From: Scyliorhinus canicula
Taxonomy: Eukaryota
Assembly: GCF_902713615.1 (NCBI RefSeq)
Contig: NW_024055454.1
Coordinates: 1-64,000 of the forward strand
Direction of reading: 5' to 3'
DNA length: 64,000 nt
Both the position numbers and the translations under genes were made by a program. Positions 1 to 12,429 of this stretch are shown piece by piece; position 1 is the first letter of the stretch; each line of letters starts with the position of its first letter. The notes beneath the pieces were generated by a model. It was not told where the DNA came from and ran no database searches. It saw only the letters and a program-made list of their open reading frames with translations.

Positions 1-2677
1 GGGGGGGGGGGGGGGGGCGCGAGTGGAAGAGCTGGGGGCCCCGATTAGAGTAGAGGAGGTATTGGGGGGCCTAAAGGCCATGCAGTCGGGGAAGTCCCCG
101 GGGCCGGATGGATACCCAGTAGAGTTTTATAGGAAGTTCTCGGAGCTGGTGGGCCCGGTCTTGGCGAGGGTTTTCAATGAGGCAAGGGACAGAGGGACCC
201 TGCCGCCGACGATGTCACAAGCCACCATATCTCTGATATTAAAGCGGGGTAAAGACCCGGAGGTGTGCGGGTCCTACAGGCCAATCTCCCTGATTAATGT
301 AGACGCCAAGCTCCTGGCAATGGTACTGGCGGGTAGAATGGAGGACTGTGTACCGGAGGTGATTGGGGAGGATCAAACGGGGTTCGTGAAAGGTAGGCAG
401 CTGGCGGCCAATCTGAGGAGATTGCTCAATGTGATAATGACACCCCCGGCGGGTAGAGAGGTGGAGGTAGTGGTGGCTATGGACGCCGAGAAGGCCTTTG
501 ACCGGGTGGAGTGGGAATATCTATGGGAGGTGCTCGGACGGTTTGGGTTCGGGGAGGGATTGGTGGATTGGATCAAATTATTATATCAGGCCCCGAGGGC
601 CAGCGTCAGGACCAATAGAGAAGTGTCGGAGTACTTTAGGTTGTACCGAGGGACCAGGCAGGGCTGCCCGCTCTCCCCGCTGCTGTTTGCGCTGGCCATA
701 GAGCCGCTGGCGATTGCGCTGAGAGCCGCAGAGGGTTGGAAGGGGATGGTGAGGGGCGGGGTTGAACATAGGGTTTCTCTTTATGCAGACGACCTGCTCC
801 TGTACGTGTCGGACCCAGTGGCCGGGATGGGAACTATACTGGGAATGCTGAGGCAGTTCGGCCAGTTCTCAGGATACAAATTAAATACGGTCAAGAGTGA
901 AATGTTTGTGGTACAGGCAAGGGGCCAGGAGAACAGATTGAGAGGGCTACCGTTTAGGTTAGTTGAGGAAAATTTCCGGTATTTGGGAATCCAGGTGGCA
1001 CGAGGCTGGGGCAGGCTGCATAAGTTAAATTTGGCCAGGGTGGTGGAGCAAATGAAGGGAGAGTTTCGGAGATGGGATGCACTCCCGCTGTCGCTGGCAG
1101 GGAGGGTGCAGACTGTAAAGATGACAATCCTCCCTCGATTTTTGTTTATTTTTCAGTGCCTCCCGATCTTTATCCCACAGTCCTTCTTCAAAAGAGTTAA
1201 CGGGCTGATCATGAGCTTTGTCTGGGCGGGAAAGTCTCCGCGGGTGAAGAAGGCAATGTTGGAGAGGAACCGCAGCGAGGGGGGCTGGCGTTGCCGAGTC
1301 TGGTCAATTATTACTGGGCGGCCAACATCGCTATGGTAAGGAAGTGGATGGTGGGTACGGGGTCTATTTGGGAGCGGGTGGAGGCGGCTTCGTGCAGGGG
1401 CTCCAGTTTGGAAGCCCTGGTCACGGCTCCTCTACCGCTGCCGCCGGCCAAGTACACCACCAGCCCGGTAGTGGTGGCGACCCTGCGGATATGGGGCCAG
1501 TGGAGGAGGCATGTGGGGGAGATGGGGGCGTCTGTCTGGGCGCCAATCTGCGACAACCATCGGTTTGCCCCCGGCAGTATGGATGGGGGGTTCCGAGTAT
1601 GGCGGCGAGCAGGGGCGGGAAGGGTGGGTGATATGTTCCTGGAAGGGAGCTTCGCGAGTTTGAGGAGCTTGGAGGAGAAATTTGGGTTGGTAAGGGGAAA
1701 TGATTTTAGATACCTACTGCTGCGGGACTTTGTTCGTAGACAGGTCCCATCTTTCCCGCGCCTCCCGCCAATGGGGATCCTAGACAGAATAGTCTCTGGG
1801 AGGGACGAAGGGGAGGGTAGGGTCTCGGGTATTTATAAGGTGCTCATGAGGGAGGAAGGGTCCCAGACAGAGGAACTGAAACTTAAATGGGAGGAGGAGC
1901 TAGGCGGGGAAATGGAGGATGGGCTGTGGGCAGAGGCCCTGAGTAGGGTAAACTCGACCGCAACATGTGCTAGGCTCGGGCTGATCCAATTTAAGGTCGT
2001 TCACCGGGCCCATATGACGGTGGCTCGGATGAGCAAATTTTTCGGGATAGAGGACAAATGCGCTAGGTGCGCGGGAGGACCAGCGAACCATGTGCACATG
2101 TTTTGGGCATGCCCTGAGCTGAGGGGGTACTGGGAGGGATTTGCGGGGGTCATGTCCCAGGTGCTAAAAACAAGGGTGGTGATGAGTCCAGGGGTGGCAA
2201 TTTTTGGGGTTTCGGAAGACCCGGGCGTCCAGGGGGAGAAAGCGGCCGATGTGCTGGCCTTTGCTTCCCTGATAGCCCGGCGACGAATATTATTGGCGTG
2301 GAGGGACTCAAAGCCCCCGAAGACTGAGTGGTGGCTTGCGGACATGTCAAGTTTCCTGGGGATGGAAAAAATTAAGTTCGCCTTGAGGGGATCTGTGCAG
2401 GGGTTCACCCGGAGGTGGCAACCATTTATTGACTTCTTTGCGGGAGAGTGAGCGTCAGCAGGGGGGTGGGGGGAGGGGGTAGAGTAGAGTAGGAGGGAAA
2501 ATATGGCGGGTAGTACGGGTGGGAGGGGAGCGGGCTTGTGCAATACGGTACGATGGAAGTATTGAAAGTACGTGGATGTTTGCACATTTTTGCCTTTTTT
2601 GCTTCCTTTCTGATGATGTCTGTAACTGTTTATAAAGCCAAAAACTACCTCAATAAAATTGTTTATTAAAAAAAAAA
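1..2677 (+). mobile_element. L1-clade LINE, 3' part of ORF2 (RT plus C-terminal Cys/His domain), 3' UTR and poly(A); 5' end lies outside the window
   Basis: ORFs 23-1339 and 1291-2451 carry RT motifs GTRQGCPLSPLLF and YADD and the C-terminal CARC...H..FWAC. They are joined by one frameshift in a G run near 1280 (expected EGGLALPSL). AATAAA at 2652-2657 and an A tail at 2668-2677. Confidence 0.93.
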
Positions 2678-2869
2678 GAAAATGTAGCCGCCAGACATTC
2701 AATCCCATCATCCAACACATTCATACAGATTGTAAATGGTTGGGAGCCCAGCACTGATCCTGGTGACATTCCACTTGTCACATCTTACCCACCCAGAAAT
2801 AACCCATTCATACCTACTGGCTGCTTCCTGTTCGCTAACCAATCCTCTATTCATGCTGATACCTGTACC

Positions 2870-2980
2870 AGCCCGTACCAGCCTCCCCGAACAGGCGCCG
2901 GAATGTGGCGACTAGGGGCTTTTCACAGCAACTTCATTGAAGCCTACTCGTGACAATAAGCAATTTTCATTTCATTTCCT
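2870..2980 (+). mobile_element. SINE family 2 (tRNA-derived, (CATTT)n tail), 5'-truncated
   Basis: Matches the copies at 3600, 17500, 18140 and 63765 (ccgaacaggcgccggaatgtggcgactaggggcttttcacag...ttcatttcatt). Confidence 0.8.
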
Positions 2981-3602
2981 TTTCAATATGTTACTCCCCA
3001 CAAAAAGAGCTCTTATTTTGTGGAATAACCTTTGATATGGCACCTTGGGAAATACCTTCTGGAAATCTAGATAAAGCACATCTACAGGTTCCCCTTTATT
3101 GACATCTGTTGTTACTTCCTCAAGGAACCGTGATAAATTAGTCAATCACGATTGATTCTCTGAACCCCATTTTCAATCACTGTGTCAAAAGAAAAATCAA
3201 ATCTCCTCTACCCCTCTGCCAATTACCTCAGATGGACTCACTTTCTGTTAAAGATCCTGTCAACCCCTCTCACCCACTTTCCCGAAAGTGAACATATTTA
3301 ATCAGGAAAAGTCCAACAAATTCAAATATTTTCCTGTTAAAAATTTATTGACAAAAACAGAATATGGTTAAAAAAACTAACAGAAAATGTATTGAGGATC
3401 AAAGACAACCAGAGTGACAGGATGTTCACAATGTTCTGGATCCCAAATGGTTTCCCTTTGGCTCCTCTGTACTCTGTTCCCGTGAATCCCCGCTTTGGAT
3501 ACGGGGGAATGAACCCTGGGGGTCACATCATCGCCAGCCTCTGTCACCCCCCCCCCCCCCCCCGCCCCCGAAACCTGATTGGTTGGAGGTCCAGTTCGCA
3601 GT

Positions 3603-3782
3603 TTAGCACAAGGCTAAATCGCTGGCTTTGAAAGCAGACCAAGGCAGGCCAGCAGCACGGTTCAATTCCAGTACCAGCCTCTCCGAACAGGCGCGGGATG
3701 TGGCGACTCGGGGCTTTTCACAGTAACTTCATTTGAAGTCTACCTGTGACAATAAGCGATTTTTATTTCATTTCATTTCAGT
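3603..3782 (+). mobile_element. SINE family 2, absent from paralogous copy C
   Basis: tRNA-like head remnant with B-box-like ggttcaattcc and a (CATTT)n tail. Copy C at ~33540 has the empty site with a single cagt. Confidence 0.85.
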
Positions 3783-4245
3783 CAGGCCTCCAGCACCTTC
3801 CTGTCTCTATTAGCGACACCCGTGGCAGTTTCCCAACTGGGAACAGGCCCCGTTATTCCCAGCTAAATTCAGCCCTCAGCTCCATCACCTGGCTGTCATT
3901 GACACGAGCAATAGAGACAGAAAGGTGCCCGAGGCTCAAATAGGGAGTCAAAACTTGTGGATTAGGATCTCCGTAAAGGTCAGCAACTTCTTAGAAAATA
4001 TCAAATTCCCAGTCAACAAATTAAAAGGATCACACAACAGGAGTTCAAGTTTTATGACTTTTAATGCAACAAGCTAGAAGCTACTTTAACTTGGAAAACT
4101 ACACAGTAAACTACAAATTAGAACTTTGCCCTTTTAAATAACCTGGAATCACACTCCACGATTATAGTTACTCTGTCCTGGAAGTCGAAACTTAATTGTC
4201 TCAGAACCTGTCCAAAGTGATGATTCATTCCCGAGGAAAGAACTG

Positions 4246-5230
4246 CTGTTCGTAGTATATATAAATGATTTGGAGGTAAATGTAACTGGTCTGATTAGTA
4301 AGTTTGCAGACGACACAAAGGTTGGTGGAATTGCGGATAGCGATGAGGATACAGCAGGATTTAGATCATTTGGAGACTTGGGCGGAGAGGTGGCAGATGG
4401 AGTTTAATCCGGACAAATGTGAGGTAATGCATTTTGGAAGGTCTAATGCAGGTAGGGAATATACAGTGAATGGTAGAACCCTCAAGAGTATTGAAAGTCA
4501 GAGAGATCTAGGTGTACAGGTCCACAGGTCACTGAAAGGGGCAACACAGGTGGAGAAGGTAGTCAAGAAGCATGCTTGCTTCATGGAATGAAGGCATGAT
4601 TGCCTTCATTGGCCGGGACACTGAGTATAAGAATTGGCAAGTCATGTGGCAGCTGTATAGAACCTTAGTTCGGCCACATTTGGAGTATTGTGTTCAATTC
4701 TGGTCGCCACGCTACCAGTAGGATGTGGAGGCTTTAGAGAGGGTGCAGAAGAGATTTACCAGGATGTTGCCTGGTATGGAGGGCATTAGCTATGAGGAGC
4801 GGTTGAATAAACTCGGTTTGTTCTCACTGGAACAAAGGAGGTTGAGGGGCGACTTGATAGATTTCTACAAAGTTATTAGTGGCACAGACAGAGTGGATAG
4901 TCGGACGTTTTTCTCCAGGGTAGAGGGGTCAATTACTGGGGGGCATAGGTCTAAGGTGCGAGGGGCAAGGTTTAGAGGAGATGTAGGAGGCAAGTTTTTT
5001 TTAAACACAGAGGGTAGTGGGTGCCTGGAACTCGCTGCCGGAGGAGTTGGTGGAAGCAGGGATGATAGTGACGTTTAAGGGGCATCTTGACAAATACATG
5101 AATAGGATGGGAATAGAGGGATACGGACCCAGGATGTGTATAAGATTGTAGTTTAGTCGGGCAGCATGGTCGGCACGGGCTTGGAGGGCCGAAGGGCCTG
5201 TTCCTGTGCTGTACTTTTCTTTGTTCTTTG
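4246..5230 (+). mobile_element. CR1-type LINE 3' fragment (RT C-terminus and 3' UTR)
   Basis: KFADDTK, WQMEFNPDKCEVMHFGR and [15 protein letters not shown] motifs; 3' end ggccgaagggcctgttcctgtgctgtac...ttcttg. Confidence 0.9.
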
Positions 5231-5289
5231 ATTTACTTCAGTTCTTCAACCAACACACCGAAGAAAAAAAGGGAGAATAGAATAGAATG

Positions 5290-5790
5290 TGAACTAGCAA
5301 AATACATAAAAATGGACGGTAAAAGTTTCTGTGGCTACGTAAAAAGGAAATGTTTGGCTCAAAGCTTTGTCCATTCCAGATAGAGTCAGGAGAATTTAGA
5401 ATGAGGAATGGAGATCTTTACAGCCACCTCGTTCAACTCTGGGATGTGGATCATCAGCTTTTGGGGATTTATTCACTTTCAGCCCCATTAATTTCTCCAG
5501 GTCGACTTTTTCACCAATACTAATCTCTGCGAGTCCCTTGGTTCTCTGTTGTTTTGGGGACAATTTCTGTATCTTCCTCTGTGAAGACAGACTCACTTTG
5601 TTTAGTTTCTCTGCCATTTCCTTACTCCCCATTATAAACTCTCCTGTCTCTGCCTGGAATGGACCCACATTGGTCTTTGCTAATCTTTTCCTTTTCACAT
5701 TCCTGTCAAAGCTTTTCCAGTCGGTTTTTTATGTTTCTCACCAGTTTGCTCTCATCAGTTTCTTGGTCCTCCTTTGCTGAATTCCAATGG
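5290..5790 (-). mobile_element. CR1-type LINE ORF2 internal fragment (also present at 34075-34600)
   Basis: ORF 5396-5698 (KRKRLAKTNVGP...KLMGLKVNKSP...D.HPRV) is typical of CR1 ORF2 between the EN and RT domains. Confidence 0.8.
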
Positions 5791-5944
5791 ATCTTGTGGA
5801 ATCTTTAACTTTTCTTGTGAGCCAAGGTTACATTACTTTTCCTGTTGGATTTCTGTTCCCTAAAGGAATCGGTATTTGTTGTATATATGTGAAATTAAAG
5901 TCACAAAAATCCCAGAGGACCATAGGCTTCTCTCCTCTTTGACA

Positions 5945-7173
5945 TGATGTGGAGATGCCAGCATTGGACTGGGGTGAGCACAGTAAGAAGTCTTACAACA
6001 CCAGGTTAAAGTCCAGCAGGTTTGTTTCAAACACAAGCTTTTGGAGCGCAGCTCCTTCCTCTGGTGAATGGAGAGGTATGTTCCAGAAACATTTATATAG
6101 ACAAAGTCAGAGATGCTGGACAATGCTTGGAATGCGAGCATTTGCAGGTAATCAAATCATGACAGATCCAGGGAGAGGGATAATCACAGGTTAAAGAGGT
6201 GTGAATTGTCTCAAGCCAGAACAGTTGGTAGGATTTTGCAAGTCCAGGCCAGATGGTGGGGGGGGTGGATGTAATGCAACATGAATCCAAGATCCCGGTT
6301 GAGGCCGCACTCATGCGTGCAGAACTTAGCTATAAGTTTTTGCTCGGTAATTCTGCGTTGTCGCGTGTCCTGAAGACCACCTTGGAGAACGCTTACCCGG
6401 AGATCAGAGGCTGAATGCCCTTGACTGCTGAAGTGTTCCCCGACTGGAAGGGAACATTCCTGCCTGGTGATTGTCGCACGATGCCCGTTCATTCGTTGTC
6501 GCAGTGTCTGCATGGTCTTACCAATGTACCACGCTTCGGGACATCCTTTCCTGGAGCGTAAGAGGTAGACTACATTGGTCGAGTCGCACGAGTATGTGCC
6601 GCGTACCAGGTGTGTGGTGTTACCACGTGCAATGGTGGTATCCGAGTCGATGATCTGGCATGTCTTGCAGAGATTGCCCTGGCAGGGTTGTGTGGTGTTG
6701 TGGTCGCTGTTCTGAAGGCTGGGTAATTTGCTGCAAACAATGGTTTGTTTGAGGTTGTGCGGTTGTTTGAAGGCCAGTAGTGGGTGTGTGGGGATGCCCT
6801 TGGCAAGATGTTCATCTTCATTGATGATGTGTTGAAGGCTGCGAAGAAGATGTCGTAGTTTCTCCGCCCCAGGAAAGTACTGGACGATGAAGGGTACTCT
6901 GTCAGTGGTGTCCCGTGTTTGTCGTCTGAGGAGGTCGGTGCGGTTTTTTGCTGTGGCGCGTTGGAATTGTCGATCGATGAGTCGAGCGCCATATCCCGTT
7001 CGTACGAGAGCATCTGTAGGTGTCTGTTACGCTCCTCCTCGTCTGAGCAGATCCTGTGTATACGGAGGGCTTGTCCATAGGTGATGGCTTCTTTAATGTG
7101 TTTCGGGTGAAAGCTGGAGAAGTGGAGCATCGTGAGGTTGTCTGTGGGCTTGCTGTAAAGCGAAGTGCTAAGG
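5945..7173 (-). mobile_element. Penelope-like element, 5'-truncated (RT C-terminus, GIY-YIG endonuclease, terminal repeat), frameshifted
   Basis: Minus frames give KEAITYGQALRIHRICSDEEERN and NVVYLL...WYIGKTMQTLRQRMNGHR...EHF (GIY-YIG). Flanked by TTGACA at 5939-5944 and 7174-7179; copy C has one TTGACA at 34714-34719. Confidence 0.9.
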
Positions 7174-7360
7174 TTGACAGAGAGAGAGCTGACTGGAGGT
7201 GATTTAATCCGAGGGTCAGCACACCTCAGGCGAGGGGCCTGGTTGAGAAGGTCGGGCCCTCATGAATAAACTCAGCCAGTACGGGAGTTGAATCCTCACT
7301 GTTGTGCCTTGCTCTGCATCACAAACCAGCCGTCCAGCCAACTGAGCTGACCAACCCCCT
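7174..7360 (-). mobile_element. tRNA-derived SINE-like element split by the Penelope insertion (rest at ~5905-5944; uninterrupted at ~34680-34880)
   Basis: The minus-strand head ggggttggtcagctcagttggctggacggctgg is tRNA-like; the sequence is contiguous in copy C. Confidence 0.6.
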
Positions 7361-7822
7361 GATAAATATGTAATTATTCCTTGAATATTAGGTATTCCCT
7401 GTACCAATCAGTTTCCCAGTTCACCTCAGACAACTTGCCCCTCATACCCGGACAGTTTTCTTCTGTGAGGAACACCAGATAAATGAAACAAAAGAACCAG
7501 GTAACCACCAGGGCCCATCTCCATGGCAACATGGCTTTGGGGGGTGTTCCAAACAGAAATAGGAACTAAATATCTTCAAACTTCCAAACACCCTTTCACT
7601 CTGTGATCCTTGTGCAATTTGAAGCCGGGTATTAGCAACAAGGCTCAAAGAGCATCAGCCAACTGGAGGCAAAGTGGTGAGACCGGCCAGTCCAGCAGAA
7701 AGAAACCCTCCGACCATCCCCACTGACCACCTGTCAGAATGAACAAAATGCAGTCCTGGGTGTAGAGCAGAAACAATAACAGCAGAATCCAACCCCTGTA
7801 ATCAATTGTGAAATTGTTGGTG

Positions 7823-8977
7823 TCACAGCAGGTGTGGTGAAACATGCAATCCCGTCTCACATTGTGGGGTGGACAGCGTCTCCCCAGTGTGAACTCGCTG
7901 GTGTGTCTGCAGGTGAGATAACTGAGTAAATCCTTTCCCACACTGAGAGCAGGTGAATGGCCTCTCCCCAGTGTGAACTCGCTGGTGTGTCTTCAGGGTG
8001 GATAACTGAGTGAATCCCTTCCTACACTGAGAGCAGGTGAATGGCCTTTCCCCAGTGTGAACTCGCTGGTGTGTCCGCAGGTCGGATAACTGAGTGAATC
8101 CCTTCCCACACTGAGAGCAGGTGAATGGCCTTTCCCCAGTGTGAACTCGCTGGTGTGTCTGCAGGTGAGGTAACTGAGTGAATCCCTTCCCACACTGAGA
8201 GCAGGTGAATGGCCTCTCCCCAGTGTGGACCCGCTGGTGTCTCCGCAGGTGAGATAACCGAGTGAGTCCCTTCCCACACTGAGAGCAGGTGAACCGTGTT
8301 TCCCCAGTGTGAATTCGCTGGTGTGTCTTCAGGGTGGATAACTGAGTGAATCCCTTCCCACACTGAGAGCAGGTGAATGGCCTCTCCCCAGTGTGAATTC
8401 TCTGGTGCATCTGCAGGCCGGATGGCTGAGTGAATCCCTTCCCACACTGAGAGCAGGTGAATGGCCTCTCCCCAGTGTGAATTCTCTGGTGCATCTGCAG
8501 GCCGGATGGCTGAGTGAATCCCTTCCCACACTGAGAGCAGGTGAATGGCTTCTCCCCAGTGTGAATTCGCTGGTGTGTCTTCAGGGTGGATAACTCAGTA
8601 AATCCTTTCCCACACTGAGAGCAGGTGAATGGCCTCACTCCAGCGTGAACTCGCTGGTGAATGCGCAGGTGCGTTATCTGAGTGAATCCCTTCCCACACT
8701 GAGAGCAGGTGAATGGCTTCTCCCCAGTGTGAACTCGCTGGTGTCTCAATAGGTGGGACGAATCACAGAATCCTTTCCCACACTGAGAGCAGGTGAATGG
8801 CCTCTCCCCAGTGTGAACTCGCTGGTGTGCCTGAAGGTTAGATAATTGACTGAATCTCTTACCACACTGAGAGCAGGTGAACGGCCTCTCCCCAGTGTGA
8901 CTGCGTCGATGAATCTCCAGCTCAGATGGGGCTCTGAATCCCTTCCCACAGTCCCTACATTTCCACTGTTTCTCCAT
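7823..8977 (-). CDS. C2H2 zinc-finger protein A, 384 aa, 13 tandem fingers, no KRAB/SCAN/BTB domain seen
   Basis: ATG at 8977 (MEKQWKC...) and 13 CxxC-12-HxxxH units with TGE(R/K)PF linkers. The track ORF starts 9 codons earlier at a TTG. Acceptor of the coding exon near 9678 (ttgtttttacag on minus). Confidence 0.92.
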   Translation of the reverse strand: MEKQWKCRDCGKGFRAPSELEIHRRSHTGERPFTCSQCGKRFSQLSNLQAHQRVHTGERPFTCSQCGKGFCDSSHLLRHQRVHTGEKPFTCSQCGKGFTQITHLRIHQRVHAGVRPFTCSQCGKGFTELSTLKTHQRIHTGEKPFTCSQCGKGFTQPSGLQMHQRIHTGERPFTCSQCGKGFTQPSGLQMHQRIHTGERPFTCSQCGKGFTQLSTLKTHQRIHTGETRFTCSQCGKGLTRLSHLRRHQRVHTGERPFTCSQCGKGFTQLPHLQTHQRVHTGERPFTCSQCGKGFTQLSDLRTHQRVHTGERPFTCSQCRKGFTQLSTLKTHQRVHTGERPFTCSQCGKGFTQLSHLQTHQRVHTGETLSTPQCETGLHVSPHLL

Positions 8978-9124
8978 GTTTAGGGTCTCCTCGTGTCTCT
9001 CCAAGTTGGATGATCAATTGAAGCCTCTTCCACAGATAAAACATGTCTCTCCCTGGTGTGAATGTTATGTTTATTCAGGCTGTGTAACTGGTTAAAAGTC
9101 TTTCCACAGTAAGTTCACTGGAAC

Positions 9125-9390
9125 TGTCTGTGCAGAGTCTGCACGTTCTCCCCGTGTCTGCGTGAGTTTCCTCCGGGCGCTCCGGCTTCCTTCCACAGTC
9201 CAAAGATGTGCAGGTTAGGAGGATTGGCCATGCTAAATTGCCCTTTGTGTCGAAATAGGTTGGGTGGGGTTATTGGGTTACGGTGATAGGGTGGAGGTGT
9301 GGGCTTCGGCAGGCTGATCTTTCCAAGGGATGGTGCAGACTCAATGGTCCAAACGGCCTCCTTCTGCACTGTAAATTCTGGGAGTCTATG
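9125..9390 (+). mobile_element. V-SINE (HE1-like shark SINE), 5'-truncated, within the ZNF-A leader
   Basis: Central ccacagtccaaagatgtgcaggttagg...ggccatgctaaattgccc domain and CR1-like 3' tail. Confidence 0.85.
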
Positions 9391-11039
9391 AACTCTCTCA
9401 CTCGGGTGTGTGTTGTGTGGGTCTCGGTGCTTTTCCAGTCACACTGATGTTTCCACAGTCAGTTCACTGGAACACTCTCACTCGGGTGTGTGTTGTGTGG
9501 GTCTCGGTGCTTTTCCAGTCACACTGATGTTTCAAATCTTTAGGTGACAGTTCGGGCAAATATTTCTCCATCTAGATTGAAAGGCCGATGATATTCAGGT
9601 TCCAAGGAATCGAGTGACTGTCAGATCGAGACGAGACCTTTGAGATTTCTGTCTGTAATTCCTCCTCATCTAATATCCTGTAAAAACAATTTACAAAATT
9701 CATCACTGTCAGTACAAGGCAGAAACTTAGAACAGACAATTCTCGTTTCTATGTCACATTCTTTCCTCTCTCTTATTCTCCAAAAGCTGTAAATCTCCAT
9801 CCCACATACTCTCCCTCTATTCTCACTCTGCTGTATCTAATATTCACTCTCCCTATTCTCCTGAAGGTGCTGATTCAGGCTGATTGACAGATCCATGTTC
9901 ACCGCTTCCTGTCCAGGAGATCATAATAAATACGAGCTGCAGTCGGCCATTCGGCTCATCAATCCGGAACCATTCAATGGGATCATTGGCCGATCTACCT
10001 CAGCACCGTTTTCCCACACTATCCCCCATATCCCTCGACATCTTCAATATCTAGAAACCCATCAGTCTGTGTCTTGAACATATTTGATGACTGAAGTTCC
10101 AGAATTCAAAAGCTTCACCACATCCTCGAGTAAAGATCCCTCCTCATCTCAGCTTTCTCTCCATTTCCCTGCCAGTTGTCCATAACCCTCGACACTTATT
10201 GAAATTCATTCATTCCTTTGTCACCTCAAACCTTAACTACACAATGTTCCCCTTGCCGGCCTCTCAGATTCAACTCCACACAAGGTCATGTCAAAAGCTG
10301 CTGCCTGTGGGCGTATTCACACTAATACCTCTTCACCCAACACCAGGTGTGACCAAATCCACTGGAGAAAATGGGACATCTTGGGGTGGGAGGTGTTGAT
10401 GTGGGAATGGAAAAAACCTGTTGAGACTGAAGATTGTGGAAATTGGAGACATGTGGGTTTATCAGGGGTATCAAGTGCACATAATTTACATGGTGGAGGA
10501 GGCCCAAGAGTTGTCCTGCATCACAGCTTGGTCTGGCAACAGCTCGGTCTTAGGCTGCTCCCAGACACTCCATGCTGGTCCCCAACATATAATGTCAATA
10601 TCCCCTCCCTTCACAGTCAGAAGCATATTGCCCTCACCATCATTGCCCACTCAGGTCACTCTCATCAAACTTCCTCCCCAACTCAGTCAGTAGGCCTTCA
10701 CTCAACCCCCCCCCCCCCATCTCACTCACAGGTTCCTCTCTTCAGACCTCCTTCCCCACTCACTCCAACTACCCCTGCTCACTCACAATCTACTTTCCCC
10801 AAACTCCCCTCCGTATGCTCATTCCCTGCGGCAGTGATCATTTAGATCCGAAACATTAACTGTTTCTCTCCACAGAGGCTGAAAGACCCGCTCATTCATC
10901 CACATTTTATGTCTTTACTTCCGATTTCCAGCATCCGCAGTATTTTGCTCTAATTTGAACCTTCAGACCTCCTCCCACCCAGTCAGCTCAGTGGAATGTC
11001 CTCCAGCTGTTTTTGGAAAGTTGTCACCATCCGGGTCAC

Positions 11040-11400
11040 TGGGAAACTGAGGCCCCGCCCACCCACCGAAACCGCGCATGCGCCCCGCTGCCCGCAGAAA
11101 CAAGATGGCGGCCGTTAACCCGGGTTTGGTTCCGGGAAAAAAGCCCTGGAGCACAAAGCATCTGACCTCCAGGCTTCTGTCGGGGCTTGCAGCCTGCACC
11201 AGGTGTTTATGAAGTCCCCGCTCCTTCCCCAACCGAACTCCCGACTCCATTCCTCCCTCCGCCCCAGTGACCCTCACCTGTCAAAAAAAGCCTCTCCCGC
11301 ACTTGCAGGGCTCGGCGTAAAGTGACACTGCGCATGCTCTAGACACAGCATTGCGCCTGCGTACTGGGCTCATGTGGAGTGATCAGGGCAGATTCACAAA
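11040..11400 (-). promoter_or_regulatory. CpG-rich promoter and first exon candidate for ZNF-A
   Basis: GC box at ~11053; NRF1-type GCGCATGCGC at 11074-11083; YY1-type AAGATGGCGGC at 11102-11112; TGCGCATGCT at 11329-11338; minus-strand donor CAG|GTGAG at 11273-11280. Confidence 0.65.
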
Positions 11401-11779
11401 CGCTGGGTATGTTGGGGAATAAGAGCATAATTGAAACTCCGAATAGGTAGTAGAAGATATATTTTGTTGCCTAGTTGAAATAAAACGCAAATTCGTGTAA
11501 ATGGGTGTTGTGATATGTTCTATTCCCAAAGTGATTTAAATGGCTGTTCTAAACAAAAGCAACTTGCTGCAGATGCTGGAATCTGAAACTAACAGAGAAA
11601 ATGTTGAAAAATCTCAGCATGTCTGGCAGCACATGTAAGGAGAAAAAAGAGCGCAGATGCCCCTTTGTCAAAGCTAAAAGCCGTTGAAAGTGGGAGATAT
11701 TTATGGTGTTGGGGGAGAGACTGAAAGATGAGTCATAACCACAGAAACCAAGGAAAAAGAGTGCTAAAATATGCAGGTT

Positions 11780-11935
11780 AGGTGGATTGGTCATGCTAAA
11801 TTGCCCCGTTGTGTCCAAAAGGTTTGTCGGGTTATGGGGGTAGGTTAGAGGCATCGGCTTAATTAGGGTGCTCTTTCCAAGGGCTGGTGCAGACTCGATG
11901 GGCCAAATAGCCTTCTAATGCACTGCAAATTCTAG
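11780..11935 (+). mobile_element. V-SINE 3' half
   Basis: aggttaggtggattggtcatgctaaattgccc...cagactcgatgggcc. Confidence 0.8.
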
Positions 11936-12069
11936 GATAATGGCAGACCCCAGAGAGAATAAAAGGGCAAATAGCAGAGAAACGAAAATCAGAGAGTAAG
12001 CTGCGACAGATAAAGATGTTGCGGGAAGGGGAGACATGACTGGGAGAGAGGCAAAATGAGATGAAGGGG

Positions 12070-12305
12070 TAAGGATTGGATTGGATTTGTTTATTCTCAT
12101 GTGTACCGAGGTACAGTGAAAATAATTTTTCTGCGAGCAGCTCAACAGATCATTAAAAGAAAAGGAAATAAAAGAAAAAACATAATAGGGCAACACAAGG
12201 CACACAATGTGACTACATAAACACCGGCATCGGATGAAGCATACAGGGGTGTAGTGTTACTGAGGTCAGTCCATAAGAGGCTTGTTTAGGAGTCTGGTAA
12301 CAATG
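12070..12305 (-). mobile_element. Rex1/Babar-type LINE 3' end (also 48905-49160 on minus and 26480-26770 on plus)
   Basis: Three mutually similar copies (ttaccagactcct...cactgtacctcggtacac) ending in a short CCAAT-like tail. The clade is inferred from recall and from the nearby Rex1-like RT at 23.5 kb. Confidence 0.6.
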
Positions 12306-12429
12306 GGAAAGGGGGGATCAGACAGGGGAAAGAGTGGGGGGGGGGGGGGAATATATATAAAGGAAGGCAAATAAATAAAAGGTAAAAGACAGTTAAAATG
12401 AAATGGAATGTAGATAGTGGGCTCGAGCT

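Larger units (their letters stand above)
3052..10195. repeat. Segmental duplication copy A (paralogous to 33006-37476)
   Basis: Colinear similarity from ataccttctggaaat...cacatctacagg to ccataaccctc, including unique-looking intron and 3' flank sequence and the ZNF exon. Confidence 0.92.
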
